From Candidatus Poseidoniales archaeon (GTDB taxonomy: Archaea > Thermoplasmatota > Poseidoniia > Poseidoniales > Poseidoniaceae): a DNA stretch of 64,000 nucleotides. Positions within the stretch are counted from its first letter, which is position 1, and the number at the start of each line of letters is the position of its first letter. The translations under genes and the position numbers were made by a program. The stretch spans positions 12,676-76,675 of the forward strand of contig JAYOBT010000005.1 of the NCBI GenBank assembly GCA_038105035.1. Reading direction: 5' to 3'. Below are positions 36,604 through 45,531 of the stretch, in pieces. The notes under the pieces were generated by a model. It made no database searches. It was not told where the DNA came from and saw only the letters and a program-made list of their open reading frames with translations.

Positions 36604-37725
36604 ATGAAAATCAATCATCACAATCATTCCGCAGTTAAACCTGGTCGGCCGGGTAGCGAATTGTTTCCAAATTCTCCTCTTGGTGAACAGGTAGAGGGCA
36701 TCCCAACAGGTCGGGACGTAGCGTGGGAGCCTTTGGTTGACTACCGAAGGAACGGTGTTTCTGAAACAACCATCCATGGCGCAGTTGCTTGGGCGCATGG
36801 TGATGAAGTCATACATTCCTTTGGAGGAAACGTTCTCTGCTATGGAAGATCGATGATGAAACCGTTCATGCTCAAGGCATTTGTGAATGAATTAGCCGAT
36901 CTTTCATGGGAGCAGAAGGCTATTTCGGTGGCCAGCCACAACGGTGATACAGAACACGTTGCTGCCGCACAGTCGCTCCTTTCACAATCTGAATGGCCCC
37001 TCATGTTGACGCCATTGGATGTACCGTTGATTCAATTCGGACGTCAGGTTCGGCGTCCTCGGCGGTGGTATCACACATGCTCAGGTGAACACGCAGCAAT
37101 TCTTCGTGGATGCAGGGAAAAAGGTTGGAATCGTGCAGGTTACACATTGCCAAGTCACCAAGTGTTCGATGCATACATGTCCGAAATTCGGCGCTTCCTT
37201 GGCGAGGATTGGACGCCCTTACGAATTGCAAAAGATGGATGTGGGTTGCCAACCGTTTCAAACACGGTTGCTGAATTGGCTCAGATTTATGCTGGCTTGG
37301 TTCGCGATAAGGATGAGGACTGGATTTGGGAATCCATGGTTCGTCACCCAGACCTTGTTGGTGGATTCAATCGTCTCGATTCAACAATTCTCAAAGCGGG
37401 TGAAGGGACTGTCATAGCGAAGGAAGGGGCAGATGGATTACTCGGCCTTGCAATTGAACACCCTGATTATCCGAAAGGCCTCGGCATCGTTGTGAAGATT
37501 GCTCATGGATGGAATGCACAAGCAACATGGTACGTTGCGAGAGCCATCCTTGGTGTGCTTGGGATTGATCTGAGAAATCCATACCCACTCCATCGTCAGA
37601 AAGCATTCATTGTACCTGGGATTGTTCCAGAACGATATCTTGGTGTTCTCGAGACCATTCCTACATGGGACGAATGGGACCCTGATCAAGACCGTTGGAT
37701 GTACGATGCGGAGTTGGACGCATGA
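36604..37725 (+). CDS. asparaginase-II-family (PF06089-like) protein
   Basis: GRSMMKPFMLKAF, VASHNGDTEHV, CSGEHAAIL, AKDGCGLP, AKEGADGL and VKIAHGW match the conserved blocks of that family as I recall them. ATG 36604 lies 2 nt after the upstream TGA. Confidence 0.7.
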   Translation: MKINHHNHSAVKPGRPGSELFPNSPLGEQVEGIPTGRDVAWEPLVDYRRNGVSETTIHGAVAWAHGDEVIHSFGGNVLCYGRSMMKPFMLKAFVNELADLSWEQKAISVASHNGDTEHVAAAQSLLSQSEWPLMLTPLDVPLIQFGRQVRRPRRWYHTCSGEHAAILRGCREKGWNRAGYTLPSHQVFDAYMSEIRRFLGEDWTPLRIAKDGCGLPTVSNTVAELAQIYAGLVRDKDEDWIWESMVRHPDLVGGFNRLDSTILKAGEGTVIAKEGADGLLGLAIEHPDYPKGLGIVVKIAHGWNAQATWYVARAILGVLGIDLRNPYPLHRQKAFIVPGIVPERYLGVLETIPTWDEWDPDQDRWMYDAELDA

Positions 37726-39173
37726 ATGCGTTGAACTTCATCGATGGAATCTTTGTCAATGCCGTTGATGGGGAAACGCTTCCAAATGTGAACCCTGCAA
37801 CTGGGGATGAGATTGGAACAATCGCTCGCTCCAATCAGGACGATGTCGATTTGGCGGTTCAAGCCGCATCCCGAGCCCGCAAGGATTGGGCTGCACTCTC
37901 CATGCTCGAGCGTGCAGATTGGCTCGACCGTATGGCAGATGGTCTTGAGCAGCGCAAGGAGGAGATTGCACAGCGTGAATCAAGAGATACTGGTAAGCCA
38001 CTTGCGCTTGCTCGACGAGTAGATGCGCAACGTTCGATCGATAATTTTCGATTCTTTGCAGATTTCGCTCGACAACAAAAGCCAGAAGTGTTCGAAATGT
38101 CGGATGCAACCAACGTTGTTCATCGCAATCCAATCGGTGTGGTTGGACTGATTACGCCTTGGAATCTTCCGCTGTATTTGTTGAGTTGGAAAGTTGCTCC
38201 CGCGTTGCTGATGGGCAACACCATCGTTGCGAAACCGAGCGAAATGACGCCACTTACAGCAGCATTGATGTGCGAAGTGGCTTCAGATATCGGTCTTCCT
38301 TCAGGTGTCATCAACGTTGTTCATGGCTATGGGCCAGAGGTGGGACAAGCCATTCTTGAGCACGCCTCAATCGGTGCGATTTCGTTTACAGGGGGAACAG
38401 CAACAGGCCGACATGTTGCTGCAACTGCAGCTCCAATGTTCAAGAAACTCTCTTTGGAATTGGGTGGCAAAAACGCAACCATCGTGCTCGAAGATGCGGA
38501 TTTAGATGTGGCTGTTGAGGGTGCAGTTCGAGCTGGTTTCACAAACGGCGGGCAGGTTTGTCTCTGTGGTTCTCGAATACTTGTTCACAGATCGATTGCA
38601 GATGAATTCACTCGTCGCCTTGTCGACTCGGTTGCTTCAATGATTTGCGGGCCACCTGAGGACCCATCAACGCAAATTGGGGCGCTAATCAGTCTCGATC
38701 ATCTCCAGAAAGTGGAATCGTACATTGAACTTGGAGTCGAGGAGGGTGGAACCATATTGACAGGTGGTACTCGAGAGATGACAGGACCAGTCACAACAGC
38801 TGAGGCCGGGGCTTTCTTGCGACCAACCATTATCGATGGGCTTGAACATACTTCGCGAACGTCGACAGAGGAGATTTTTGGACCCGTTGTTACCATCCAT
38901 CGGTTTGATTCCGATAAAGAAGCCATCGAAATGGCCAATTCAACGGAATATGGGCTTGCAGGCTCTGTATGGTCAAAAGACGTCGAGCGAGCACATGCGC
39001 TCGCTAGGCAAATCGAGACAGGAATCATCTGGGTCAATACGTGGTTGCATCGTGATCTGAGAACGCCATTTGGTGGCGTCAAGAATTCAGGTGTTGGTCG
39101 AGAAGGTGGCGATTGGAGCCTCGGATTTTTCTCTGAGCCGCTCAATGTTTGCATCAAACATGACCAAGAATGA
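37722..39173 (+). CDS. NAD-dependent aldehyde dehydrogenase, 2-hydroxy-/2-aminomuconic-semialdehyde dehydrogenase-like
   Basis: LNFIDGIFVNAVDGETLPNVNPATGDEIG, RDTGKPLALARRVDAQRSIDNFRFFADF, ELGGKNA, GGQVCLCGSR, EEIFGPV. ATG 37722 overlaps the upstream TGA (ATGA). Confidence 0.8.
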   Translation: MNALNFIDGIFVNAVDGETLPNVNPATGDEIGTIARSNQDDVDLAVQAASRARKDWAALSMLERADWLDRMADGLEQRKEEIAQRESRDTGKPLALARRVDAQRSIDNFRFFADFARQQKPEVFEMSDATNVVHRNPIGVVGLITPWNLPLYLLSWKVAPALLMGNTIVAKPSEMTPLTAALMCEVASDIGLPSGVINVVHGYGPEVGQAILEHASIGAISFTGGTATGRHVAATAAPMFKKLSLELGGKNATIVLEDADLDVAVEGAVRAGFTNGGQVCLCGSRILVHRSIADEFTRRLVDSVASMICGPPEDPSTQIGALISLDHLQKVESYIELGVEEGGTILTGGTREMTGPVTTAEAGAFLRPTIIDGLEHTSRTSTEEIFGPVVTIHRFDSDKEAIEMANSTEYGLAGSVWSKDVERAHALARQIETGIIWVNTWLHRDLRTPFGGVKNSGVGREGGDWSLGFFSEPLNVCIKHDQE

Positions 39174-39222
39174 CGGCGAGCCTTTGAAATGTTGAATTCA
39201 ATCGGAAGCATGAGGCAGAACG

Positions 39223-40044
39223 ATGTCGGTTCACAGGAAAGCAACGAAAGTTACCACGCATACGCTTCAGGAAATGAAGCGGGCCAAAGAACCGATTACG
39301 ATGTTGACGGCGTACGATTACTCCCTTGCCCGTCTGGTTGATGCAGCAGGTGTTGACGTTATCCTCGTCGGCGATTCTGCTTCGAACGTCATGGCAGGTC
39401 AAGTGACAACCGTTCCTATGACACTCGACCACATGATCTACCATGCTCAGTGCGTCCAGCGTGCTGTTGATCGAGCACTGATTGTCGTTGACATGCCGTT
39501 TGGAACCTACCAAGGAAATTCCCGGCAGGCTCTTGAAAGCGCTATCCGTATCATGAAAGAAGCGGAGGGCCATGCTGTCAAACTCGAGGGAGGTTCAGAG
39601 ATTGTTGAATCCATTGAACGAATCTTAACCGCAGGAATCCCTGTTATGGGCCATCTCGGACTCACACCTCAAAGCATCTACAAGTTTGGAACGTACACCG
39701 TTCGTGCCAAAGAAAACGAAGAGGCGGAGAAGTTGATTGAGGATGCAAAACTTCTCGAGGAAGCGGGTTGCTTTGCCATCGTTCTCGAAAAAATTCCAAA
39801 GGAACTTGCTCAACGCGTTCAAAGCGAGTTGAACATTCCAGTAATCGGTATCGGAGCCGGTCCTCACTGCGATGGGCAAGTCCTCGTTCTTCACGATCTT
39901 CTAGGGATTACAATGGACTTCTCACCACGATTCCTTCGCCGCTATCTCAATCTTGCTGAAGAAATTGATGGTGCCATTCGTTCCTATTGCGAAGATGTAC
40001 GCTCAGGAGACTTCCCGAATGAATCCGAGTCGTACACGTCCTAG
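39223..40044 (+). CDS. panB: 3-methyl-2-oxobutanoate hydroxymethyltransferase
   Basis: [38 protein letters not shown] and VKLEGG are conserved PanB blocks. Confidence 0.9.
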   Translation: MSVHRKATKVTTHTLQEMKRAKEPITMLTAYDYSLARLVDAAGVDVILVGDSASNVMAGQVTTVPMTLDHMIYHAQCVQRAVDRALIVVDMPFGTYQGNSRQALESAIRIMKEAEGHAVKLEGGSEIVESIERILTAGIPVMGHLGLTPQSIYKFGTYTVRAKENEEAEKLIEDAKLLEEAGCFAIVLEKIPKELAQRVQSELNIPVIGIGAGPHCDGQVLVLHDLLGITMDFSPRFLRRYLNLAEEIDGAIRSYCEDVRSGDFPNESESYTS

Positions 40045-40550
40045 AAATAGATGAATGCGAGTACACTGCCGCCAAAGGCACCAACGTTGACGGCCATGCC
40101 GTGCCAAAGCCCATATCTGAACGGTGGGAACTCAAATTGAAGCCAAAAGGAACTGATGAACAACCAAGCAATTGCAGGTAGAAATCCAGCAAGATAGACC
40201 GATGAGGATCCGAACATCCAAACCATGGAAAGGCAACATGCTGTGACTGCGAAACCCATAGCATACTCACCTGCACGGCTCATTTCCATACCAATGAGTA
40301 GTCTGTAAATTAGTGGTGAAACAACGAGGTAGATGGCGAACGCGCCATGCACAGGATTTGGAACGAATGTATCGATACGAGGCATCACCGTGAGTTGCCA
40401 AATTGCACCAAGGACCATGCCAATCAGCAATGGAGCCATCATATGGCGAAGCATATCTGAGAAGATTTCGCTTCCCGTAACCGCTTCATCATGAGCGACA
40501 TCTGCCGGCAAATCATCGGATGTTGTAACAACATCATCTGCCTCCGACAT
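40041..40550 (-). CDS. membrane protein (hypothetical)
   Basis: 169 aa with an acidic N-terminus and about five hydrophobic helices. I did not recognise a family. Confidence 0.45.
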   Translation of the reverse strand: MSEADDVVTTSDDLPADVAHDEAVTGSEIFSDMLRHMMAPLLIGMVLGAIWQLTVMPRIDTFVPNPVHGAFAIYLVVSPLIYRLLIGMEMSRAGEYAMGFAVTACCLSMVWMFGSSSVYLAGFLPAIAWLFISSFWLQFEFPPFRYGLWHGMAVNVGAFGGSVLAFIYF

Positions 40551-40607
40551 GCTGTGGGCTTAGCCCCTTCTCGTTTGAGGTTTAGCCTTCCGTTGCGATG
40601 CATCCAT

Positions 40608-41528
40608 ATGCGTCCAATGCTTCGTCGAACCATGTCCAAGGGTTCGATTGTTGCGGGCTGTCTTGCACCGCATCCACCTCATCTTGTGTACGCAGAAAAT
40701 CCTCCGCAGAATGAACCAACCTCTGAGGGAGGTTGGGAACAACTACGGTGGGGATACGAGAGGCTGCGTGAATCGCTTTCCAAGATCGATCACGATGTAT
40801 TGGTTATCCTTTCGCCACATTGGCAGACGTATGTGGGGACACATTTCCTAGGTCTGCCTCATTTTGAGGGGCTCTCGGTCGACCCTATTTTCCCCAACCT
40901 CTTCCGTTATTCGTACAACCTTGACATCGATGTCGACTTGAGCAAAGCCATCCATGACAAAGCAGCGGATGCAGGTCTCGCTGTAAAAATGATGGAAAAC
41001 CCAGATTTCCGTGTCGACTATGGGACAATCACAACAGGACACATGGTCAATCCATCCTTTGACAAACCTCTTGTTGTCATTTCATCGAATCGTTCTCGAC
41101 ATTATTACTCGGTCGAGGTCATGCAAGAGATGATGATGGAACTTGGTCGCGTCACACGCGATGCCATTCTCGAAAGCGGCAAGAAGGCCGTTGTACTTGC
41201 ATCAAATTCACTTTCACATCGTCATTTTACAACAGAATCCGATGTGCCTGAGGACATGAGCAAAGAGCACATAACGAGTCACGCGATGCACCTTTGGGAC
41301 ATGCGAATCATCGAATATATGCGAACCGGACAAGCACAGCGAATCATCGATGAAATGCCAGAATTCACTGAACAAGCGATAGCTGAGTCCGATGGAGGTG
41401 GCTTAACATGGCTTCTCAGTACCCTGACTGTACCTACGTATCCTGCAATTCTTCATGGATATGGAACAATCATTGGAACGGGGAATGCCATCGTAGAGTG
41501 GCCCTGTTATGCCCATGAGGAGGTCTGA
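40608..41528 (+). CDS. LigB-family (class III) extradiol ring-cleavage dioxygenase, catalytic-type subunit
   Basis: GCLAPHPPHLV, ILSPHWQ and SLSHRHF match the LigB His positions. Start set at ATG 40608 (40632 is also possible) because the track start at 40491 overlaps the divergent gene. Confidence 0.75.
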   Translation: MRPMLRRTMSKGSIVAGCLAPHPPHLVYAENPPQNEPTSEGGWEQLRWGYERLRESLSKIDHDVLVILSPHWQTYVGTHFLGLPHFEGLSVDPIFPNLFRYSYNLDIDVDLSKAIHDKAADAGLAVKMMENPDFRVDYGTITTGHMVNPSFDKPLVVISSNRSRHYYSVEVMQEMMMELGRVTRDAILESGKKAVVLASNSLSHRHFTTESDVPEDMSKEHITSHAMHLWDMRIIEYMRTGQAQRIIDEMPEFTEQAIAESDGGGLTWLLSTLTVPTYPAILHGYGTIIGTGNAIVEWPCYAHEEV

Positions 41529-41530
41529 TT

Positions 41531-42928
41531 TTGACCAACCCAATTCTAGCCTCGTACGTGGTTCCTGTTCACCCACACCCTCTCCTCGTTCCTGAACAAA
41601 ACGAAGGATGGCAAAGGCTACGGGACGCTTTTGACGAAGCACGTCAACAGATTTCAGACAGTGATGCAGATTTGATCATCATCTATTCCACAACATGGCC
41701 GAGCATCATTGGACACCAGATTCAAGCTGATCCGAACCCTACCTGGACGTTGGTCGATCAAGATTTTCACGACCTTGGATCAATGGACTATTCGTTCCGA
41801 ATCGATTCTGAATTTGCTGAAGCATGGAATACGGCAAATCATGCAAGAGGTCTCCAAAGCAGGACTGTTGCGTACAACGGATTCCCCATCGACGTCGGTT
41901 CTGTTGTCGCTCTGAAACTCCTCAATCCAGACAATGCCATTCCAGCAGTCATCGTCTCTTCCAACGTTTATGCCAATCGTGCTGAAACCACGGTCCTTGC
42001 AAAATCGTGTCTTGATGTTCTCAAGTCAACAGGAAAGAAAGCGGTTGCAGTTACTGCAATGTCAATGTCCAATCGGATGTTCACAGAATTCATCGACGCT
42101 GCTGATGATAAAATTCACTCACTCAAAGACGATGAATGGAATCGGAAGGTGCTGGAGTTTCTTGAAGAAGGACGTCTCGAGGATGTTGCACAACTCTCTC
42201 GCACCATCCATCAGCAAATTCGTGTGCAAAAGGTCGTCACCTTCAAACCGATGTGGTGGCTATCCGCTATGAACGATAATCGAAACGATTTGACCGGTCG
42301 AGTCCTTGCCTATGAGGCACTGCACGGTGCCGGTGGAGCTGTCGTCCATCTTGACCCAATGTCAAACGGGATGGGGGACAAGGAGTACGACGAGGACGAT
42401 GTTGAGGTATATCACGGAGAACGTAACGTTCTCGATGCAGAGGGTGACGACAATATTCCTGAATCTGAACCAGTCGAAGACAACGGCCCAGCATTGTGGG
42501 ACCCTGCCCAAGGAAAGGATGCTGTGAATACTGATTCTGCGCCAAAACCTGTTGGTTTGTATCCTCATGCACGACGGGTTGGTGACTTGTTGTATCTCTC
42601 AGGCGTCGGTCCTCGTCAACCAGGTACAAATGCCATTCCGGGTGGACCGATTCGAGATGCGAATGGGAATTCGCTCGATTATGATATCAAAGCTCAAACA
42701 AGGGCTGTTGTCGAAAACATCGCTCGCATCCTTGAAGAGGCTGGTTCTTCGATGGAAAAGGTCGTCGATGTGACATCGTTCCTCGTAGACATGGATCGAG
42801 ATTTTGCGGGTTACAACGAGGTTTGGGCAGAGACGCTCGGCCATTACGGTCCGACACGAACGACGCTTGCGATTCGTGCATTACCAACACCAATCGCCGT
42901 TGAGATGAAGGTTATCGCAAAAATCTAG
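41531..42928 (+). CDS. fusion: His-depleted LigB-like domain (AmnA-like, probably non-catalytic) plus a RidA/YjgF-type deaminase domain
   Basis: TTG start with GAGGAGG 7 nt upstream. The N-domain is paralogous to the upstream gene, but SPHW is replaced by STTW and SHRHF by SNRMF. After an acidic linker, the C-domain reads PKPVGLYPHARRVGDLLYLSGVGP...PTRTTLAIRALPTPIAVEMKVIA (RidA fold). Confidence 0.75.
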   Translation: MTNPILASYVVPVHPHPLLVPEQNEGWQRLRDAFDEARQQISDSDADLIIIYSTTWPSIIGHQIQADPNPTWTLVDQDFHDLGSMDYSFRIDSEFAEAWNTANHARGLQSRTVAYNGFPIDVGSVVALKLLNPDNAIPAVIVSSNVYANRAETTVLAKSCLDVLKSTGKKAVAVTAMSMSNRMFTEFIDAADDKIHSLKDDEWNRKVLEFLEEGRLEDVAQLSRTIHQQIRVQKVVTFKPMWWLSAMNDNRNDLTGRVLAYEALHGAGGAVVHLDPMSNGMGDKEYDEDDVEVYHGERNVLDAEGDDNIPESEPVEDNGPALWDPAQGKDAVNTDSAPKPVGLYPHARRVGDLLYLSGVGPRQPGTNAIPGGPIRDANGNSLDYDIKAQTRAVVENIARILEEAGSSMEKVVDVTSFLVDMDRDFAGYNEVWAETLGHYGPTRTTLAIRALPTPIAVEMKVIAKI

Positions 42929-43036
42929 ATTCCGGATTTCGGGAAGATGTATCCTCAAAAAATGCAAGAGAATATATCCTTTGTTTGCTTGAAGGGACTT
43001 GTAAGCACTCTTTGTGCATGAATTCGGGGATTTGCC

Positions 43037-44437
43037 ATGCCAATTTCAAAACTCGATTCTATCGTTGAACAAGGGACTGAAACCATCAAGAAGACCTTGA
43101 AGCGAAGCGTTGGTCTTGCAGGTGTTGTCATTATCTCGCTCTCCGCCATGCTTCCGGGCATTTTCGTGACACCAACCTTCGCTGCCGAGATCATGGGAGC
43201 AGGAATCTGGCTCGCATTCATCGTCGCAGCAGCTGTCGTTCTTCCTGCAGCCATCTCGAAAGCTGAATTGGCATCAGGCATGCCATCGAGTGGTGGTTCC
43301 TACGTCTACCTTGAGCGAACTTATGGGCCAATGATCGGAACCATCAGTGGTCTCGGACTATGGGCTTCGTTTTTGCTTAAATCAGGTTTTGCACTCATTG
43401 GATTCTCTGCTTACTTCATCGCAGTGACCACCTATTTCGATATCGACATGGAAATGCTCGTCCTCTCTATGAGCGCTCTGGTTCTTATTACGGTCGTCAA
43501 CATTCTCGGTGTCAAGAAGGTCAAAGCGATCCAAACACCAGTCTTGCTCGTCACGCTCGCTATGCTTCTCATCACCTGTGCTGCTGCTTTCTTTTCTGCT
43601 GATTTTGATGGCTCGCGACCGTTCAAGGCAGCGTTTGATACCGATTTATGGACACTTGCTGAAACATCAGCCTTCGTGTTTGTTGCCTATGCCGGTGTTA
43701 CCAAGGTCGCAGCGATTGGAGGCGAAGTCAAAGATCCAGAAAAGAATCTACCCGCAGGTATGTTGCTTTCACTACTCATCGCCACGGTATTGTACGCACT
43801 TATTGCCTATCTTATGATGGCAGCCATCCCAGGTACGTGGTGGGAGGGTGACGATGGGAAAATCGTTGAGAACCCCATCTTTGTGTTTGCCGAGCAAGTT
43901 GCAGGTACCGAATTTGGTATATTTGCAGCTATTATCTCTGTTCTCGCTATGATTTCAATGGCGCTTGCAGGTATTCTAGCGTCTTCTCGATTTTTGTTCG
44001 CCATGGGGCAAGACAAGCTTCTCCCTCCAGCACTTGAGCGTGTTCATGAGAAATACGAGACGCCACATTGGCCGATTATCGTCACAGGTGTGGCGATGGG
44101 TCTTGCTATCTTTTTCGTCCCTCTCAAGGATGTCGTAAAGTTAGCATCTGGATTCAAAATCATGATTTTCATCATGATCAACACCTGTGTCATCATTCTT
44201 CGACAAACGAGCGATCGTTATGATTGGAATCCGTCGTACAAAGGAGCATTGTATCCGTTCATGCAATTGTGGGGTATTCTTGCTGGTCTGTTCTTGATTT
44301 ACTTCATTGGCGATAAAGCATTCATCGGTGCATCAGCAGCCATTGCTGCCGGCCTTGTGACCTACTTCCTTTATGGAAAGAAGCATGCAGAGATATCGAA
44401 GACACCTTTCCAATCGTTCATCAAGCGTGACGATTAG
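43037..44437 (+). CDS. APC-superfamily amino acid/polyamine permease
   Basis: About 12 TM helices, with AELASGMPSSGGSYVYLERTYGP, a typical APC N-terminal block. Confidence 0.85.
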   Translation: MPISKLDSIVEQGTETIKKTLKRSVGLAGVVIISLSAMLPGIFVTPTFAAEIMGAGIWLAFIVAAAVVLPAAISKAELASGMPSSGGSYVYLERTYGPMIGTISGLGLWASFLLKSGFALIGFSAYFIAVTTYFDIDMEMLVLSMSALVLITVVNILGVKKVKAIQTPVLLVTLAMLLITCAAAFFSADFDGSRPFKAAFDTDLWTLAETSAFVFVAYAGVTKVAAIGGEVKDPEKNLPAGMLLSLLIATVLYALIAYLMMAAIPGTWWEGDDGKIVENPIFVFAEQVAGTEFGIFAAIISVLAMISMALAGILASSRFLFAMGQDKLLPPALERVHEKYETPHWPIIVTGVAMGLAIFFVPLKDVVKLASGFKIMIFIMINTCVIILRQTSDRYDWNPSYKGALYPFMQLWGILAGLFLIYFIGDKAFIGASAAIAAGLVTYFLYGKKHAEISKTPFQSFIKRDD

Positions 44438-44439
44438 AT

Positions 44440-44607
44440 TCATCGCTTGTAAGCATCGGATGTCTTCTTTCCAGCATCGATAAAGACGCTCGGAATCAAC
44501 CCGTGGATGAGAAGTTGGATGGCACCAAGCCCATATCGGAATGCGAGCTTGTATGCTCCAATCATGTGTTCAAAATATCCCATTCCAACGTCTTTGAGGT
44601 GACCCAT
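44440..44607 (-). CDS. small (55-aa) protein, possibly DUF6356-like
   Basis: Not in the ORF track (under 60 aa). The reverse strand reads MGHLKDVGMGYFEHMIGAYKLAFRYGLGAIQLLIHGLIPSVFIDAGKKTSDAYKR. The family assignment is from memory only. Confidence 0.3.
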   Translation of the reverse strand: MGHLKDVGMGYFEHMIGAYKLAFRYGLGAIQLLIHGLIPSVFIDAGKKTSDAYKR

Positions 44608-44680
44608 AGGTATCCCTCAGCAGTTGTCCTTCTTGAGGCTATGTTAAACGAAGTGCTTCGTTGATGGATTTGTTGTCGAA

Positions 44681-45514
44681 TCAGATGCTGCGAAGACGAC
44701 CGCCATCCACAGGTAACGAGACACCGCGAATCGCTCCTGCTGCAGGTGAAGCGAGGAAGGCGATGACGGATGCAGTCTCCAATGGATCAATCAGTCGCTC
44801 AATAGGAACTTGACTCATCCAACCATCATGGATGGCTTCGACCGATTGTCCAGTACGCTCATGGATGGATTGTGCCAAACTTCCCAATCGCTCCGTATTG
44901 GTAAAACCAGGTAAGACATTGTTGATGGTGATCGAAGGATGGAGTTCGCGTGATAGGGACTTTGCCCAGGATGCCATAGCCCCACGGAGTGTATTCGATA
45001 CGCCAAGGTTTGGAATCGGTTCACGAACACTGGTTGAGATGATTTGGATGATACGACCATAATTTGCGCCGATCATTCCGGGTGTGACCAATTTCACCAA
45101 CGTATGTGCTGCGTGAAGGTGTCGCGTAAACGGCTGAGCAAGTTCCTCAACGCTTGCATTCAACAACGGACCTCCAGGAGGTCCGCCTGCATTGTTGATG
45201 AGAATGTGAATCGGTCCGTCATCGAGAATTGGTTGAACACATCCAGCGATGCCTTCCGTATCTTCCAAGTCCATGACCAATGTTTGGTGATGACCTTTTC
45301 CGAGTTCTGTAAGTTCGTCGAGTAAGGAATTGAGTTGCTCCTCATTCCGAGATGCAAGGATGACGTTCGCACCAGCTTTCGCCATGATACGGGCGGTTGC
45401 TGCACCAATCCCCCGACTTGCACCACAAATAAGCGCTGTTTTTCCTTCAAGTGCATTGTTCTGAAGTACGGCTTGGTCTCCTAAGAGGTCCATGTGTGAC
45501 CCTACAGGTGCCAT
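44681..45514 (-). CDS. short-chain dehydrogenase/reductase (SDR)
   Basis: GKTALICGASRGIGAATARIMAKAGANVILASR (TGxxxGIG), NNAG and the active-site region; 277 aa. Alternative start at 45496. Confidence 0.85.
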   Translation of the reverse strand: MAPVGSHMDLLGDQAVLQNNALEGKTALICGASRGIGAATARIMAKAGANVILASRNEEQLNSLLDELTELGKGHHQTLVMDLEDTEGIAGCVQPILDDGPIHILINNAGGPPGGPLLNASVEELAQPFTRHLHAAHTLVKLVTPGMIGANYGRIIQIISTSVREPIPNLGVSNTLRGAMASWAKSLSRELHPSITINNVLPGFTNTERLGSLAQSIHERTGQSVEAIHDGWMSQVPIERLIDPLETASVIAFLASPAAGAIRGVSLPVDGGRLRSI

Positions 45515-45531
45515 ATCTTAGTGATTCGCTC

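Noticed and set aside
38699-39244. A 181-aa ORF antisense to the 3' end of the ALDH gene.
   Set aside because: It is a shadow ORF of a conserved ALDH region. It would also span the intergenic promoter region of panB.
40491-40607. An N-terminal extension of the LigB-type dioxygenase ORF.
   Set aside because: It overlaps the start of the divergent membrane-protein gene (40550) and is Cys/Ile/Arg-rich and non-conserved-looking. The family-typical N-terminus (GCLAPHPPH) follows the Met codons at 40608 and 40632.
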